From contig JADFYI010000001.1 of assembly GCA_015233145.1 (NCBI GenBank), positions 79,345 through 143,344 on the forward strand: a DNA stretch of 64,000 nt, read 5' to 3'. The position numbers and the translations under genes are program-made. The notes beneath the pieces are model-generated. The model was not told where the DNA came from. It did not search any database and worked only from the letters and a program-made list of their open reading frames with translations. The number at the start of each line of letters is the position of its first letter. The first letter of the stretch is position 1. This document shows positions 8,559-16,862 of this stretch, piece after piece. The stretch is from Candidatus Omnitrophota bacterium (GTDB taxonomy: Bacteria > Omnitrophota > Gorgyraeia > Zapsychrales > Fredricksoniimonadaceae).

Positions 8559-10226
8559 ATGACAAATTATAATATTTTCTTCATGTCTTTCTTGCTGTGG
8601 ATTTTTTCCGCGACACTGCCTTCCTTTCAATCTCAACAAGCTTTTGCGGATGAAGGGGGAGGAAGTTTATTTGTCCTTCCTCAATACTCGCGGACGGTTT
8701 CCCTGGATTTTAAAAATGCCAACCTTCAGGATGTCCTTAAGGCCTTTTCTCAGCAGATTGGGATTAACTTTTTGATTAATCAGAATGTGCCGGAAAAAAA
8801 TGTGACTGTTTATCTTGAGAATGTGCCGACAGAAGATGCCCTTGAGATGATCCTTTCCGCCAATGATCTCACTTATGAGTATCAAAGCGATGTGAATACC
8901 ATTGTTGTCAAAACAATCCCTAAAAAAGAGGAAGATATCGTAACGCGCATATACCAGCTCAAGTATGCGACAGTTTCTTCTTCCAAGATGAATGCCCTTT
9001 CCATTGGCTATGATGAGGGATCTTCAAGTTCAGGAAGTTCCTCATCATCTTCATCCGGGTCTTCTTCTGCTTCAGCTTCTGCGACGGGAACTGCCGGTGG
9101 GTCGGGGACTTCCGCAACTTCAACCATTGAATCAGCCTTGACAGCGGCTTTGACTGAAAAAGGAAAAATAGCCCAGGATCCGCGTACCAATAGTTTGATC
9201 ATTACAGATATGGCTGTCAATTTTCCTAATATTGAGAAAATTATTGCCCGTTTGGATGTGCCTGTGGCGCAAATTCTTATTGAAGTTGAAATGCTGGATG
9301 TTTCCAAAGGTGTTTTGGATGACCTGGGGGTTAAGTATAGCGGGTCTTTCTTTTCTCTAACCGGTGCCAAACGGGCAGCAACGTTTCCTTTTAATGAACA
9401 AAATGTTTTAAGTAAGCCTAATAAATATTCACCTGCGCAAAGCAGTTCTTCCTCGAGCAGTTCTTCCTCGAGTAGTTCTTCCTCGAGTAGCTCTTCATCG
9501 GGGTCGAATACTGGCTTGGAATTTACAGGCGGGGCTTTTGATTTCTCTTCCGCCACATTGCTGATTCAGGCTTTAAAAACGCGTTCAGACACCAAGAATT
9601 TGGCCCGCCCGAGAATACTCACGTTGAACAATCAGACAGCCAGGATTGATATCAAAACCGATGAAGCTATTTCTGCGGATACCTCTGTTGTTTCAACCAC
9701 AGGAGGCGCGTCAACCTCTGGCACCACTGTGACGCGTGCCAATACTGGTGTCTGGTTAATTGTGACGCCGCAAGCCAATCTTGTTACCAGAGAAATTACT
9801 CTTGCGGTGGAGCCTAAGGTTATTGACAGCCATGCCAGTTCTCTTGTTGTTCCTGGTGGCGCTGCCATAAGGGATACTGAAGAGAGGAGCATCAAGAGTA
9901 TATTAAGGGTTCCTGATGGAAGGACGATTGTGATCGGAGGCTTGCTACGCACAACATTGACAGACACATCCACAAAAGTTCCGCTCCTCGGAGACATTCC
10001 GCTTTTGGGCGGCCTTTTCAGGCACAAGGAGCACACCAAGGCAGAGCGCGAGCTTTTGGTGATCATGACTCCTCATATTTTACTGGGTGCTGATGATCAG
10101 TTTGTGGCGCCGAGGGCTAATTCCCGGGGAAGGTATGTGAATGATGACCGGGAACAAAGCCTGGAGAATTCCAGGTCCATGAAAATTTTAAATGAACTAG
10201 ACAGTTATTCTTCCCAAAAAAGGTAA
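8559..10226 (+). CDS. pilQ: Type IV pilus / type II secretion secretin (PilQ/GspD family) with two Ser-rich linkers
   Basis: ATG 8559 gives signal peptide MTNYNIFFMSFLLWIFSATLPSFQSQQAFA. N0-like domain (LDFKNANLQDVLKAFSQQIGINFLI). C-terminal secretin core (VPLLGDIPLLGGLFR...RELLVIMTPHIL). Confidence 0.85.
   Translation: MTNYNIFFMSFLLWIFSATLPSFQSQQAFADEGGGSLFVLPQYSRTVSLDFKNANLQDVLKAFSQQIGINFLINQNVPEKNVTVYLENVPTEDALEMILSANDLTYEYQSDVNTIVVKTIPKKEEDIVTRIYQLKYATVSSSKMNALSIGYDEGSSSSGSSSSSSSGSSSASASATGTAGGSGTSATSTIESALTAALTEKGKIAQDPRTNSLIITDMAVNFPNIEKIIARLDVPVAQILIEVEMLDVSKGVLDDLGVKYSGSFFSLTGAKRAATFPFNEQNVLSKPNKYSPAQSSSSSSSSSSSSSSSSSSSSGSNTGLEFTGGAFDFSSATLLIQALKTRSDTKNLARPRILTLNNQTARIDIKTDEAISADTSVVSTTGGASTSGTTVTRANTGVWLIVTPQANLVTREITLAVEPKVIDSHASSLVVPGGAAIRDTEERSIKSILRVPDGRTIVIGGLLRTTLTDTSTKVPLLGDIPLLGGLFRHKEHTKAERELLVIMTPHILLGADDQFVAPRANSRGRYVNDDREQSLENSRSMKILNELDSYSSQKR
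9441..9500 (+). repeat. Four tandem copies of a 15-nt unit (AGC AGT TCT TCC TCG) encoding 20 consecutive Ser inside the secretin gene
   Basis: Read directly: agcagttcttcctcg / agcagttcttcctcg / agtagttcttcctcg / agtagctcttcatcg. Confidence 0.9.
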
Positions 10227-10230
10227 GGAC

Positions 10231-11958
10231 ATGCCACGTTTAAGACTTGGAGAAATTCTTATCAAGCAGGGGCTTATTACAGAGTCCCAGCTCCAGGAGG
10301 CCATGGAGGTTCAAAAGGCTGAAAAGGGGCACATTGGAGAAATTCTTGTCCGCCGGGGCATGATTAAAGAGGAAGACCTGGCCTCAGCATTGGGCACACA
10401 GCTTTTGATTCCGTATGCTTCCAAATCATCAGGGCTTTTGACTCCGCAAAAAGATCAAGGCCTTGAAAAGCTGATTACCTACGAATACGCCAAAGAACAT
10501 TTTGTCATTCCTCTCAATCGCAATATGAATTCCCTGACGTGTGCTATTGCCAATCCCTTTGACTTGATCATGATCGATAACATCAAGAAGATGACGGGTT
10601 GCGAAATTAATTTTGTGATTGCCACTCAAACCGACCTTACTGCAGCTGTGCAGGAGTTTTATATGTCATCTGACAGCGGTGGAAGGTCTGCGTTGTGGGA
10701 CCAGGCCCTTGAGAGGGGGCGCATTTCCGATATCGGCAAAAGCTTTGCCAGCAGTGAGGACAAGGTTGAAACAGAGCTCAGCCTGGATAAGCTTATTGCC
10801 AAAGCAGAAGAAGCGCCGGTCATAAAACTGGTTGATTTGATTATCCGCCAGGCTATTGATGAGCGGGCGAGCGATATTCATATAGAACCTTTTAAAGACA
10901 GGCTTGAGGTTCGCTACCGCATTGACGGCGAACTTTACCAAATTCCTCCTCCGGCCAAACATTTGCATCTTCCTATTGTTTCGCGTGTCAAGATTCTCGC
11001 AAAGCTTGATATTGCGGAAAAACGCCTTCCGCAGGACGGTCGTATTTCTGCCAAGCTTGAAGACAGGACTGTGGATCTTCGTATTTCCACGTTGCCCACA
11101 GTGTGGGGAGAGAAGGTTGTTATGAGAATCCTGGACAAGGATTCTGTGCAGCTGAACCTCTCAGTGCTTGGGTTTGATACCAAACAATTGGATCTTATCC
11201 GCCAGGCCTTAAAAACACCTTACGGCCTTTTCTTTGTCACAGGCCCCACAGGAAGCGGCAAATCAACGACCCTTTATTCTTGCCTGAGCGAGATTACAGA
11301 CCCTTCGAAAAATATTATGACAGCCGAGGACCCGGTTGAGTTTCGTATCGACGGAATTAATCAGGTCCAGGTGCGCTCGGAAATCGGGTTTACCTTTGCC
11401 GAGGCGCTCAGGTCTTTTTTGCGCCAGGACCCGGATATCATCATGGTGGGTGAAGTGAGAGACCTTGAGACCGCGCAAATTTGCGTGCGTGCCGCGTTAA
11501 CAGGCCACTTTGTGCTTTCGACCCTGCACACCAATGATGCGCCATCCGCCATCACGCGCCTTTTGGATATCGGGATTCAACCCTATCTTTTAACACCATC
11601 GCTGGTCATGATTATTGCCCAGCGCCTGGGACGCAAGCTTTGCCCCCATTGCAAAGAGGCTTACGAGCCAAAGCCTGAAGAACTCGGGGATATTAAGCTT
11701 AATGTTGACCTCATTTATCGCGCCAAAGGGTGCGATAAATGTTCCCATACCGGTTACAGGGGAAGAATGGTTGTGGCTGAGGTCTTGATGATTGATGATG
11801 AGATAAGGCGCCTGATTTCCAGGGGCTGCACTTATACGGATTTAAGGGATGCTGCCCGCAAGTCAGGGATGTCAACTCTTTATGAATCAGGTTTAAAACA
11901 GGTGGAAGCAGGGCTTACGAGTTTGGATGAGATTCTTGGCGTTACAGTAGGGTCATAA
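10231..11958 (+). CDS. pilB: Type IV pilus assembly ATPase PilB/GspE family with N-terminal MshEN-type domain
   Basis: 575 aa. Walker A GPTGSGKSTT, tetracysteine CPHC...CDKC, and an N-terminal tandem RLGEILIKQGLI.../HIGEILVRRGMI... motif. Confidence 0.9.
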   Translation: MPRLRLGEILIKQGLITESQLQEAMEVQKAEKGHIGEILVRRGMIKEEDLASALGTQLLIPYASKSSGLLTPQKDQGLEKLITYEYAKEHFVIPLNRNMNSLTCAIANPFDLIMIDNIKKMTGCEINFVIATQTDLTAAVQEFYMSSDSGGRSALWDQALERGRISDIGKSFASSEDKVETELSLDKLIAKAEEAPVIKLVDLIIRQAIDERASDIHIEPFKDRLEVRYRIDGELYQIPPPAKHLHLPIVSRVKILAKLDIAEKRLPQDGRISAKLEDRTVDLRISTLPTVWGEKVVMRILDKDSVQLNLSVLGFDTKQLDLIRQALKTPYGLFFVTGPTGSGKSTTLYSCLSEITDPSKNIMTAEDPVEFRIDGINQVQVRSEIGFTFAEALRSFLRQDPDIIMVGEVRDLETAQICVRAALTGHFVLSTLHTNDAPSAITRLLDIGIQPYLLTPSLVMIIAQRLGRKLCPHCKEAYEPKPEELGDIKLNVDLIYRAKGCDKCSHTGYRGRMVVAEVLMIDDEIRRLISRGCTYTDLRDAARKSGMSTLYESGLKQVEAGLTSLDEILGVTVGS

Positions 11959-11967
11959 TGGAGTTTT

Positions 11968-13206
11968 ATGCCTAAATTTATTGTCACAGCAAAAGACCAG
12001 GCGGGTCTTACAAAGACTCAGGTTCTGGATACCCCGGACAAGAACCACGCTATTAATATTGTTCAAAAACAGGGCTTGTTTGTGGTGAGTATTGAAGGGG
12101 TGGACAATACAGCAGCCATGTCGTCTTCCCCTGTTCTTAGAAAGCCTACGGCCCGCACTTTTTCGCACACAGGTGCGAATTTGGATGATATTGTTTCTTT
12201 TTCTAAGCAACTGGCCACCATGCTCGAGGCTGGCGTTCCTCTTTTAAGGAGTCTTACGGTTATTGCCGACCAGGTGGAGAGCAGGGAATTGGCACGTATT
12301 TTAAGCGAGGTGCGTGCGGATGTTGAATCAGGCCAGTCTTTCAGTAAGTCCTTAGGCAAGCATCCCCGTGTTTTTTCGCCTTTTTGGGTGAGCCTTGTGG
12401 AGGTAGGGGAAGCCTCAGGCACAATGCCCAAAATACTGATAAAATTGACAGAGTATATGGAGCAGGCGGCCCAATTTCAGTCGCAGATTACCGGGGCCTT
12501 GATTTATCCGGCCGTCTTGGTTTGTATTTGTATTGGTGCTATCTTGGTGTTTGCGCTTTTTGTGGGGCCCACGTTTGAGAAAATTTTTAAAGATATGCAT
12601 ATTCAGCTTCCCGGCATTACGGTCATGATGCTGGCATTTTTTTCCTTTATTAAAACAAAGATTTTGTACCTTGTAGGCGGGATTATTCTGGGCCTGTTTT
12701 TATTCAAGAATTATATCAAAACCCGCCCAGGCCGTTTGGCATGGGAGGCGTTTCTTTTTTCAATGCCTGTAGGCGGGCCTGTGATCAAGCTGGTGGTGAT
12801 TGAGAAATTTGCCTCGCAAATGGCAATTTTGGTGGAAAGCGGGGTTCCTATCCTTTATGCCCTTGAGATTTCAGAAAGGCTTGTGGACAACCTTATTTGC
12901 GGATCGGTGATTAAAGATATCCGGGAAGCGGTCAAGGAAGGGAAGTTATTGGCGGATCCCATGGAACGCAGCAACTTTTTTCCGCCGATGGCTGTTCAGA
13001 TGATTCGTGTGGGTGAGGAAACCGGTGAGTTGGGCCAGATGCTGAACCACGTGGCCAGGTTTTATAAATCGCAGGTCGAAGAATTTGTAAAGCGTTTCGG
13101 CACACTTATTGAGCCTTTTATGCTGGTTTTTATGGGCATTATTATTGGAACTATTGTTGTGTCTATGTTTTTACCGATCTTGTCACTTTCAACAGGGGGA
13201 GGTTAA
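11968..13206 (+). CDS. pilC: Type IV pilus platform protein PilC/GspF family
   Basis: 412 aa with two T2SSF-like repeats and three TM regions. Motifs LATMLEAGVPLLRSL and MAILVESGVPILYAL. Confidence 0.9.
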   Translation: MPKFIVTAKDQAGLTKTQVLDTPDKNHAINIVQKQGLFVVSIEGVDNTAAMSSSPVLRKPTARTFSHTGANLDDIVSFSKQLATMLEAGVPLLRSLTVIADQVESRELARILSEVRADVESGQSFSKSLGKHPRVFSPFWVSLVEVGEASGTMPKILIKLTEYMEQAAQFQSQITGALIYPAVLVCICIGAILVFALFVGPTFEKIFKDMHIQLPGITVMMLAFFSFIKTKILYLVGGIILGLFLFKNYIKTRPGRLAWEAFLFSMPVGGPVIKLVVIEKFASQMAILVESGVPILYALEISERLVDNLICGSVIKDIREAVKEGKLLADPMERSNFFPPMAVQMIRVGEETGELGQMLNHVARFYKSQVEEFVKRFGTLIEPFMLVFMGIIIGTIVVSMFLPILSLSTGGG

Positions 13207-13225
13207 TCAAAAAGAAGGCTGAAAG

Positions 13226-13398
13226 AGGTGGGAAACGATAGTTTATTATTTGTCCTTATATCACATCTTATCCGGTATCCCACCCAACAGCTTTTATATA
13301 CAGGCAAATTCTCGCAGGAAAGGAGGGCGAATAAAAATATTTGAGTGTGCCAAGAAGTTATTGTTTTTTTAATTTTATAATCATTTTTGGAGGAACAT
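13226..13398 (+). promoter_or_regulatory. Conserved upstream region of major pilin gene copy 1 (promoter/5' UTR candidate)
   Basis: Blocks shared with 16690-16862: GTCCTTATATC, CAGCTTTTATATA, GCAGGAAAGGAGGG, TTTTAATTTTATAATCATTTTTGG. TATAAT at 13376-13381 and SD GGAGG at 13389-13393. Confidence 0.4.
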
Positions 13399-13860
13399 AT
13401 GCGTAACAAAAAAGGTTTTACACTTATTGAAGTCATTATCGTTATTGTCATCATCGGCATTATGGCCACACTGGCATTGCCGCGTATCACCGGGCAGTTA
13501 AATTCTTCGCAGGCCGCAGAAGCCATGCAGATGTTCGGGGCCTTAAGGCGCAGCGCCATGAACTGTTTTGATGTGGCTAACGCAACAACCAACACTCTTT
13601 GCGATACGTGGGCAGAGTTAGGCATGACTGCACCTTCTGCCAATTCCAAGTTCACTTATCAGGTCGATACGGCAACTGCTGGAAACATTGCTTTTAGAGC
13701 CATGTTTAAAGCTGATAATACCCAGGCTCTTTGTATGTCCATTAATAATGCAACGGGCGATACCGCATATACATATCTTGGCACTGTGTTTGCGGGCACT
13801 GCCACAAGATTGGGCGGCGCTGCAGGTTGTGCAGCCGGTACCTATGCGGCTATTCTGTAA
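13399..13860 (+). CDS. pilA: Type IV major pilin candidate, copy 1
   Basis: MRNKKG|FTLIEVIIVIVIIGIMATLALP is a class III signal/prepilin motif with Glu at +5. 153 aa with four Cys. GGAGG SD upstream and an intrinsic terminator immediately downstream. Confidence 0.85.
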   Translation: MRNKKGFTLIEVIIVIVIIGIMATLALPRITGQLNSSQAAEAMQMFGALRRSAMNCFDVANATTNTLCDTWAELGMTAPSANSKFTYQVDTATAGNIAFRAMFKADNTQALCMSINNATGDTAYTYLGTVFAGTATRLGGAAGCAAGTYAAIL

Positions 13861-13877
13861 TACGAGTAATTTTACGA

Positions 13878-13908
13878 AGAGGGGCTGGGCAACCAGCCCC
13901 TCTTTTGG
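13878..13908 (+). terminator. Rho-independent terminator/attenuator after pilin copy 1
   Basis: AGAGGGGCTGG-GCAA-CCAGCCCCTCT, an 11-bp GC-rich stem followed by TTT. Confidence 0.7.
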
Positions 13909-13930
13909 GTTAAAAGAAGCAGGGAATTTT

Positions 13931-14350
13931 ATGAAAAACGGTTTTACATTAATGGAAATTATCTTGGTGATCGTGATCCTTGGGATCTTAGGCACGATTG
14001 CCATCCCGAGATTTACAAGCACTAATGAAACCGCTGTTGCCGGAGAAGCGGTTCAGATTTTGACGGCATTGCATGGTTCACAGGCACGGTATTGTATTGA
14101 TTATCCGGCATTATGTGTTGCGGGGTCGTATCCTACTGTTTGCAGCACCTATGATGTTGATGTTCCGGCAGCCATGAAGAATTTTCGTGTGCTGACAGTT
14201 GCTGAGGGCGGCAGTTGCCAGAACAGCGGGAACCTGAGTCTTAAAAAGATTAACGGGACGATTTATACAGTAACTGTCAGTCCGGCCAATGTTTTTTCTT
14301 GTTCGCCTGCGGGTAACGGCTGCTCAATGGCTCAGCGTATTTTTCCGTAA
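13931..14350 (+). CDS. Prepilin-type minor pilin (Cys-rich), copy 1
   Basis: MKNG|FTLMEIILVIVILGILGTIAIP N-terminus, 139 aa. The longer ORF from 13688 would run through the terminator and is rejected. Confidence 0.8.
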   Translation: MKNGFTLMEIILVIVILGILGTIAIPRFTSTNETAVAGEAVQILTALHGSQARYCIDYPALCVAGSYPTVCSTYDVDVPAAMKNFRVLTVAEGGSCQNSGNLSLKKINGTIYTVTVSPANVFSCSPAGNGCSMAQRIFP

Positions 14351-14363
14351 AGGGTGGGTGCGT

Positions 14364-14774
14364 ATGACAAAAAAAGGATTTTCATTGGCAGAGGTTATGG
14401 TAGTATTGGTGACTGTAGGCATTATTGCGGCTTACGGGATCCCGAACTTTGGGAAGGCTATGACCCGTGCCCAGGCGAGGAGTGCTATCAGCAATCTTCA
14501 GCTTATTTATTCGGCGCAGCAGTTATATTTTGCACGGCAGGGAGTTTATGTTGCTGAAGCGACTACTGCGGCTATTAATGGGATGCTGGGGAATAATTCC
14601 TTGAATATCGTGCAAACCGGAGGAACAACATATAGTTGCCAGATTGCGGCAGCACCCGCAACTTGCACTGCTGCTAACGCGGCATTTAATGTGGTGGTTA
14701 CGCTTACAATTGCTCTTGCGGATAATAATGTTAATCCTGTGTGTACGAATGTTACTGCGGGCAGTTGCCCGTAA
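14364..14774 (+). CDS. Prepilin-type minor pilin, copy 1
   Basis: MTKKG|FSLAEVMVVLVTVGIIAAYGIP N-terminus, 136 aa. Confidence 0.8.
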   Translation: MTKKGFSLAEVMVVLVTVGIIAAYGIPNFGKAMTRAQARSAISNLQLIYSAQQLYFARQGVYVAEATTAAINGMLGNNSLNIVQTGGTTYSCQIAAAPATCTAANAAFNVVVTLTIALADNNVNPVCTNVTAGSCP

Positions 14775-14779
14775 TCGTT

Positions 14780-15160
14780 ATGATAAAAATTTCGCGTTGT
14801 GGGTTTTCTTTGCTTGAGGTTCTTGTGGCTGCGGTTATTTTCGCGATCGCGGCTGTGGGTATTTTTGGCACTATATCAGCAGCGAGAACCCCGACAAGAG
14901 ATTCCAATGCCAGGCTTGGTGCGGCCACGGACATGAAAAGGGTTTCCGATAAGATTCAAAGCCTGATTACGGCAGGCGCCTGGACTGCGGGAGATCCTTT
15001 GCTCAGTCCTGGGCTTCATCAAATTACTAGTTGTGCTGCTGGTTGTTTATTTTCAGCCACGGAGCCTGCTCCTGCTGCGGGGTCAACATATACAATTACG
15101 ACGGATGCTGCAGGAGGCGTTAATATTAATATCAATATCGCCTACACTAGTAATTTTTAG
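14780..15160 (+). CDS. Prepilin-type minor pilin (PilV/GspI-like size), copy 1
   Basis: MIKISRCG|FSLLEVLVAAVIFAIAAVGIF N-terminus, 126 aa. Confidence 0.75.
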   Translation: MIKISRCGFSLLEVLVAAVIFAIAAVGIFGTISAARTPTRDSNARLGAATDMKRVSDKIQSLITAGAWTAGDPLLSPGLHQITSCAAGCLFSATEPAPAAGSTYTITTDAAGGVNININIAYTSNF

Positions 15161-15190
15161 AATATTGTTATAATTTTTTATAGGTGAGTT

Positions 15191-15823
15191 ATGGCGGCGC
15201 ATTCTTATAAAGGTATTACCCTTGCTGAGCTTCTAGTTTCTCTTGTGGTTGTTGGTGTTGTGATGGTGGGGGTGACTGCTGCAGATCATGCCTTCCGGAG
15301 ACTCGATCGTGAAAACACCCATGATTCAACGCTTTATGTGCGCGCCATGGCCCTCGCGGAAATGATTCGAAAGGATGCCAATCTTGCCGTTGGCTCAGCG
15401 CTAAGCCCCGGCGTTCAAATAGACACTACTGCTAATAATTTTTTATGTTTTCGGCAGGATAATAATCACGATGGCAGTATCGATAATAACCCGGGAACAG
15501 TCGCACCTTTTATTGGAGTCAGAGATTCCTGGCAATGTTATTCCAAGCCAGGGGATACGGCAGCGGATGTGGATGTTTTTAAATGTACAAAAACCATTCC
15601 TGCCGGGCCAAGCGTTTGTGCCGTGGGGGATACAGGGTATCAGTATGTCGGGAAAATGGCCTGGGATGTTTTTACCATTGCGCCAAACCCGCCGACGTTT
15701 GTCGGTACTAAATTTACATTTACCCTGATTGACAGGGACGATCCAACGTCAGCCCAGAGCATATCAAATCCTGAGGTCAGAATCCCGATTAATGTCAACC
15801 CTCCCGCATATTCGGCCTCTTAA
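15191..15823 (+). CDS. Prepilin-type minor pilin (PilW/GspJ-like size), copy 1
   Basis: MAAHSYKG|ITLAELLVSLVVVGVVMVGV N-terminus, 210 aa. Confidence 0.7.
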   Translation: MAAHSYKGITLAELLVSLVVVGVVMVGVTAADHAFRRLDRENTHDSTLYVRAMALAEMIRKDANLAVGSALSPGVQIDTTANNFLCFRQDNNHDGSIDNNPGTVAPFIGVRDSWQCYSKPGDTAADVDVFKCTKTIPAGPSVCAVGDTGYQYVGKMAWDVFTIAPNPPTFVGTKFTFTLIDRDDPTSAQSISNPEVRIPINVNPPAYSAS

Positions 15824-15825
15824 AT

Positions 15826-16560
15826 ATGCACCGTTTTTTTGCCAACCTCAAGGAAGATTCTCAAAATGTTGTTATTGATGATGCCGACGAGCTGCATCAT
15901 TTAACTCATGCCCTTCGCTTAAAGCCGGGAGACAGGGTTGAGCTCATCAATGGCTGCGGGCTTTTGGCCGAGGCCGAAATACTATCCATATTAAAAAAAG
16001 AAGCCAGGCTCCTTGTTTTAGCTGTCCGTAATGCAGGAAGTCCGCGTCTTCCTCGGATTATTCTGGCCTGCGCAATCCCTAAGAAATCAAGATTTGAAGA
16101 TATCATTGATAAGTGTACCCAGCTCGGCGTTGATGAAATTATCCCCATGATAACCGAACGCACAGAATGTGTGCTGTCAGACAAAGCATTGCCTGCAAAA
16201 ATAGGCCGTTACCAAAAAGTCTTAAGGAGCGCTGTCAAGCAGTCGAAAAGGCTTTTCTCGCCGGTTATCCATGCCCCCATGCTATTTGACCACGTTTTGA
16301 AAAACTTTTGTAACGCCTCAACAGCTTCCTTTATTCCCTGGCTTGAGGGGAGTCGTATCCCCTTGAAAGAGGCCCTGGCAGAGGCGTCAGGAAAAGAAAA
16401 AATTCTTTTCTTGATAGGCCCGGAAGGGGACTTTACTCTTGCGGAAGTGGCGCAGGCGAAAGAAAAAGGTGCGGTGCCCGTGTCGTTAGGACCGAATGTG
16501 CTTCGTGTTGATACCGCGGCCCAGTTTGTGGCAGGAATGGCTGTGGTATTAAGGCAGTAA
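15826..16560 (+). CDS. rsmE: 16S rRNA (uracil1498-N3)-methyltransferase RsmE
   Basis: 244 aa. MHRFF start, PUA-like N-terminal part, and the C-terminal SPOUT motif LFLIGPEGDFTLAEV...LGPNVLRVDTAA. Confidence 0.85.
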   Translation: MHRFFANLKEDSQNVVIDDADELHHLTHALRLKPGDRVELINGCGLLAEAEILSILKKEARLLVLAVRNAGSPRLPRIILACAIPKKSRFEDIIDKCTQLGVDEIIPMITERTECVLSDKALPAKIGRYQKVLRSAVKQSKRLFSPVIHAPMLFDHVLKNFCNASTASFIPWLEGSRIPLKEALAEASGKEKILFLIGPEGDFTLAEVAQAKEKGAVPVSLGPNVLRVDTAAQFVAGMAVVLRQ

Positions 16561-16689
16561 AAAAAGATTTTTTTCTCCCGTCGAGCTTTATATCTTTCCA
16601 TGGTTTTGCACGTCAATATTTTTTAAAAGATAACGTTTCCCTGAGTTGACAAGGGGTTGTGTTGTGTGACATCCTTTAACTAGGTAGCT

Positions 16690-16862
16690 GAAATAGGCGG
16701 GGAACGAGACATTATTATTCGTCCTTATATCGCATCATACCCAGTATCCCCCCTACAGCTTTTATATAGAGACAAATTTTGGCAGGAAAGGAGGGGGAAG
16801 GGGTATCGTGTGCCAGTATGTCACTCGTTCTTTTAATTTTATAATCATTTTTGGGGGAATTT
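16690..16862 (+). promoter_or_regulatory. Conserved upstream region of major pilin gene copy 2
   Basis: Shares sequence blocks with 13226-13398. TATAAT at 16840-16845. Confidence 0.4.

Larger units (their letters stand above)
13226..15823. repeat. Direct repeat copy 1: pilin cassette (upstream region + 5 prepilin-type genes)
   Basis: Aligns with 16690-19278 at a constant offset of 3464 nt. 13927-15114 is identical base-for-base to 17391-18578 by direct reading. Confidence 0.9.

Noticed and set aside
9008-9556. 182-aa minus-strand ORF with EELLEEELLEEELL repeats
   Set aside because: It is the reverse complement of the poly-Ser tracts inside the well-supported secretin gene and has no independent start or SD context. 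It is a shadow ORF.
13226-13398. Sigma54 (-24/-12) promoter upstream of the major pilin genes
   Set aside because: TTGGCAG occurs in copy 2 (16788-16794), but the GG is not conserved in copy 1 (CTCGCAG) and no TTGC follows at the right spacing.
13203-13655. 150-aa minus-strand ORF (and its twin at 16715-17089) overlapping the pilin promoter and N-terminus
   Set aside because: It is antisense to a prepilin gene with an unmistakable class III signal peptide. It is duplicated only because the underlying DNA is duplicated.
13688-13930. Long N-terminal extension of the first minor pilin ORF (220 aa; 178 aa in copy 2)
   Set aside because: The extension overlaps the 3' end of the major pilin gene in another frame and crosses the terminator hairpin. 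The internal ATG at 13931 (17395 in copy 2) gives a canonical prepilin leader MKNG|FTLME.
16646-16651. TTGACA hexamer after rsmE as promoter for pilin copy 2
   Set aside because: No acceptable -10 lies 16-19 nt downstream (ACATCC), and the hexamer lies outside the region conserved between the two cassettes.
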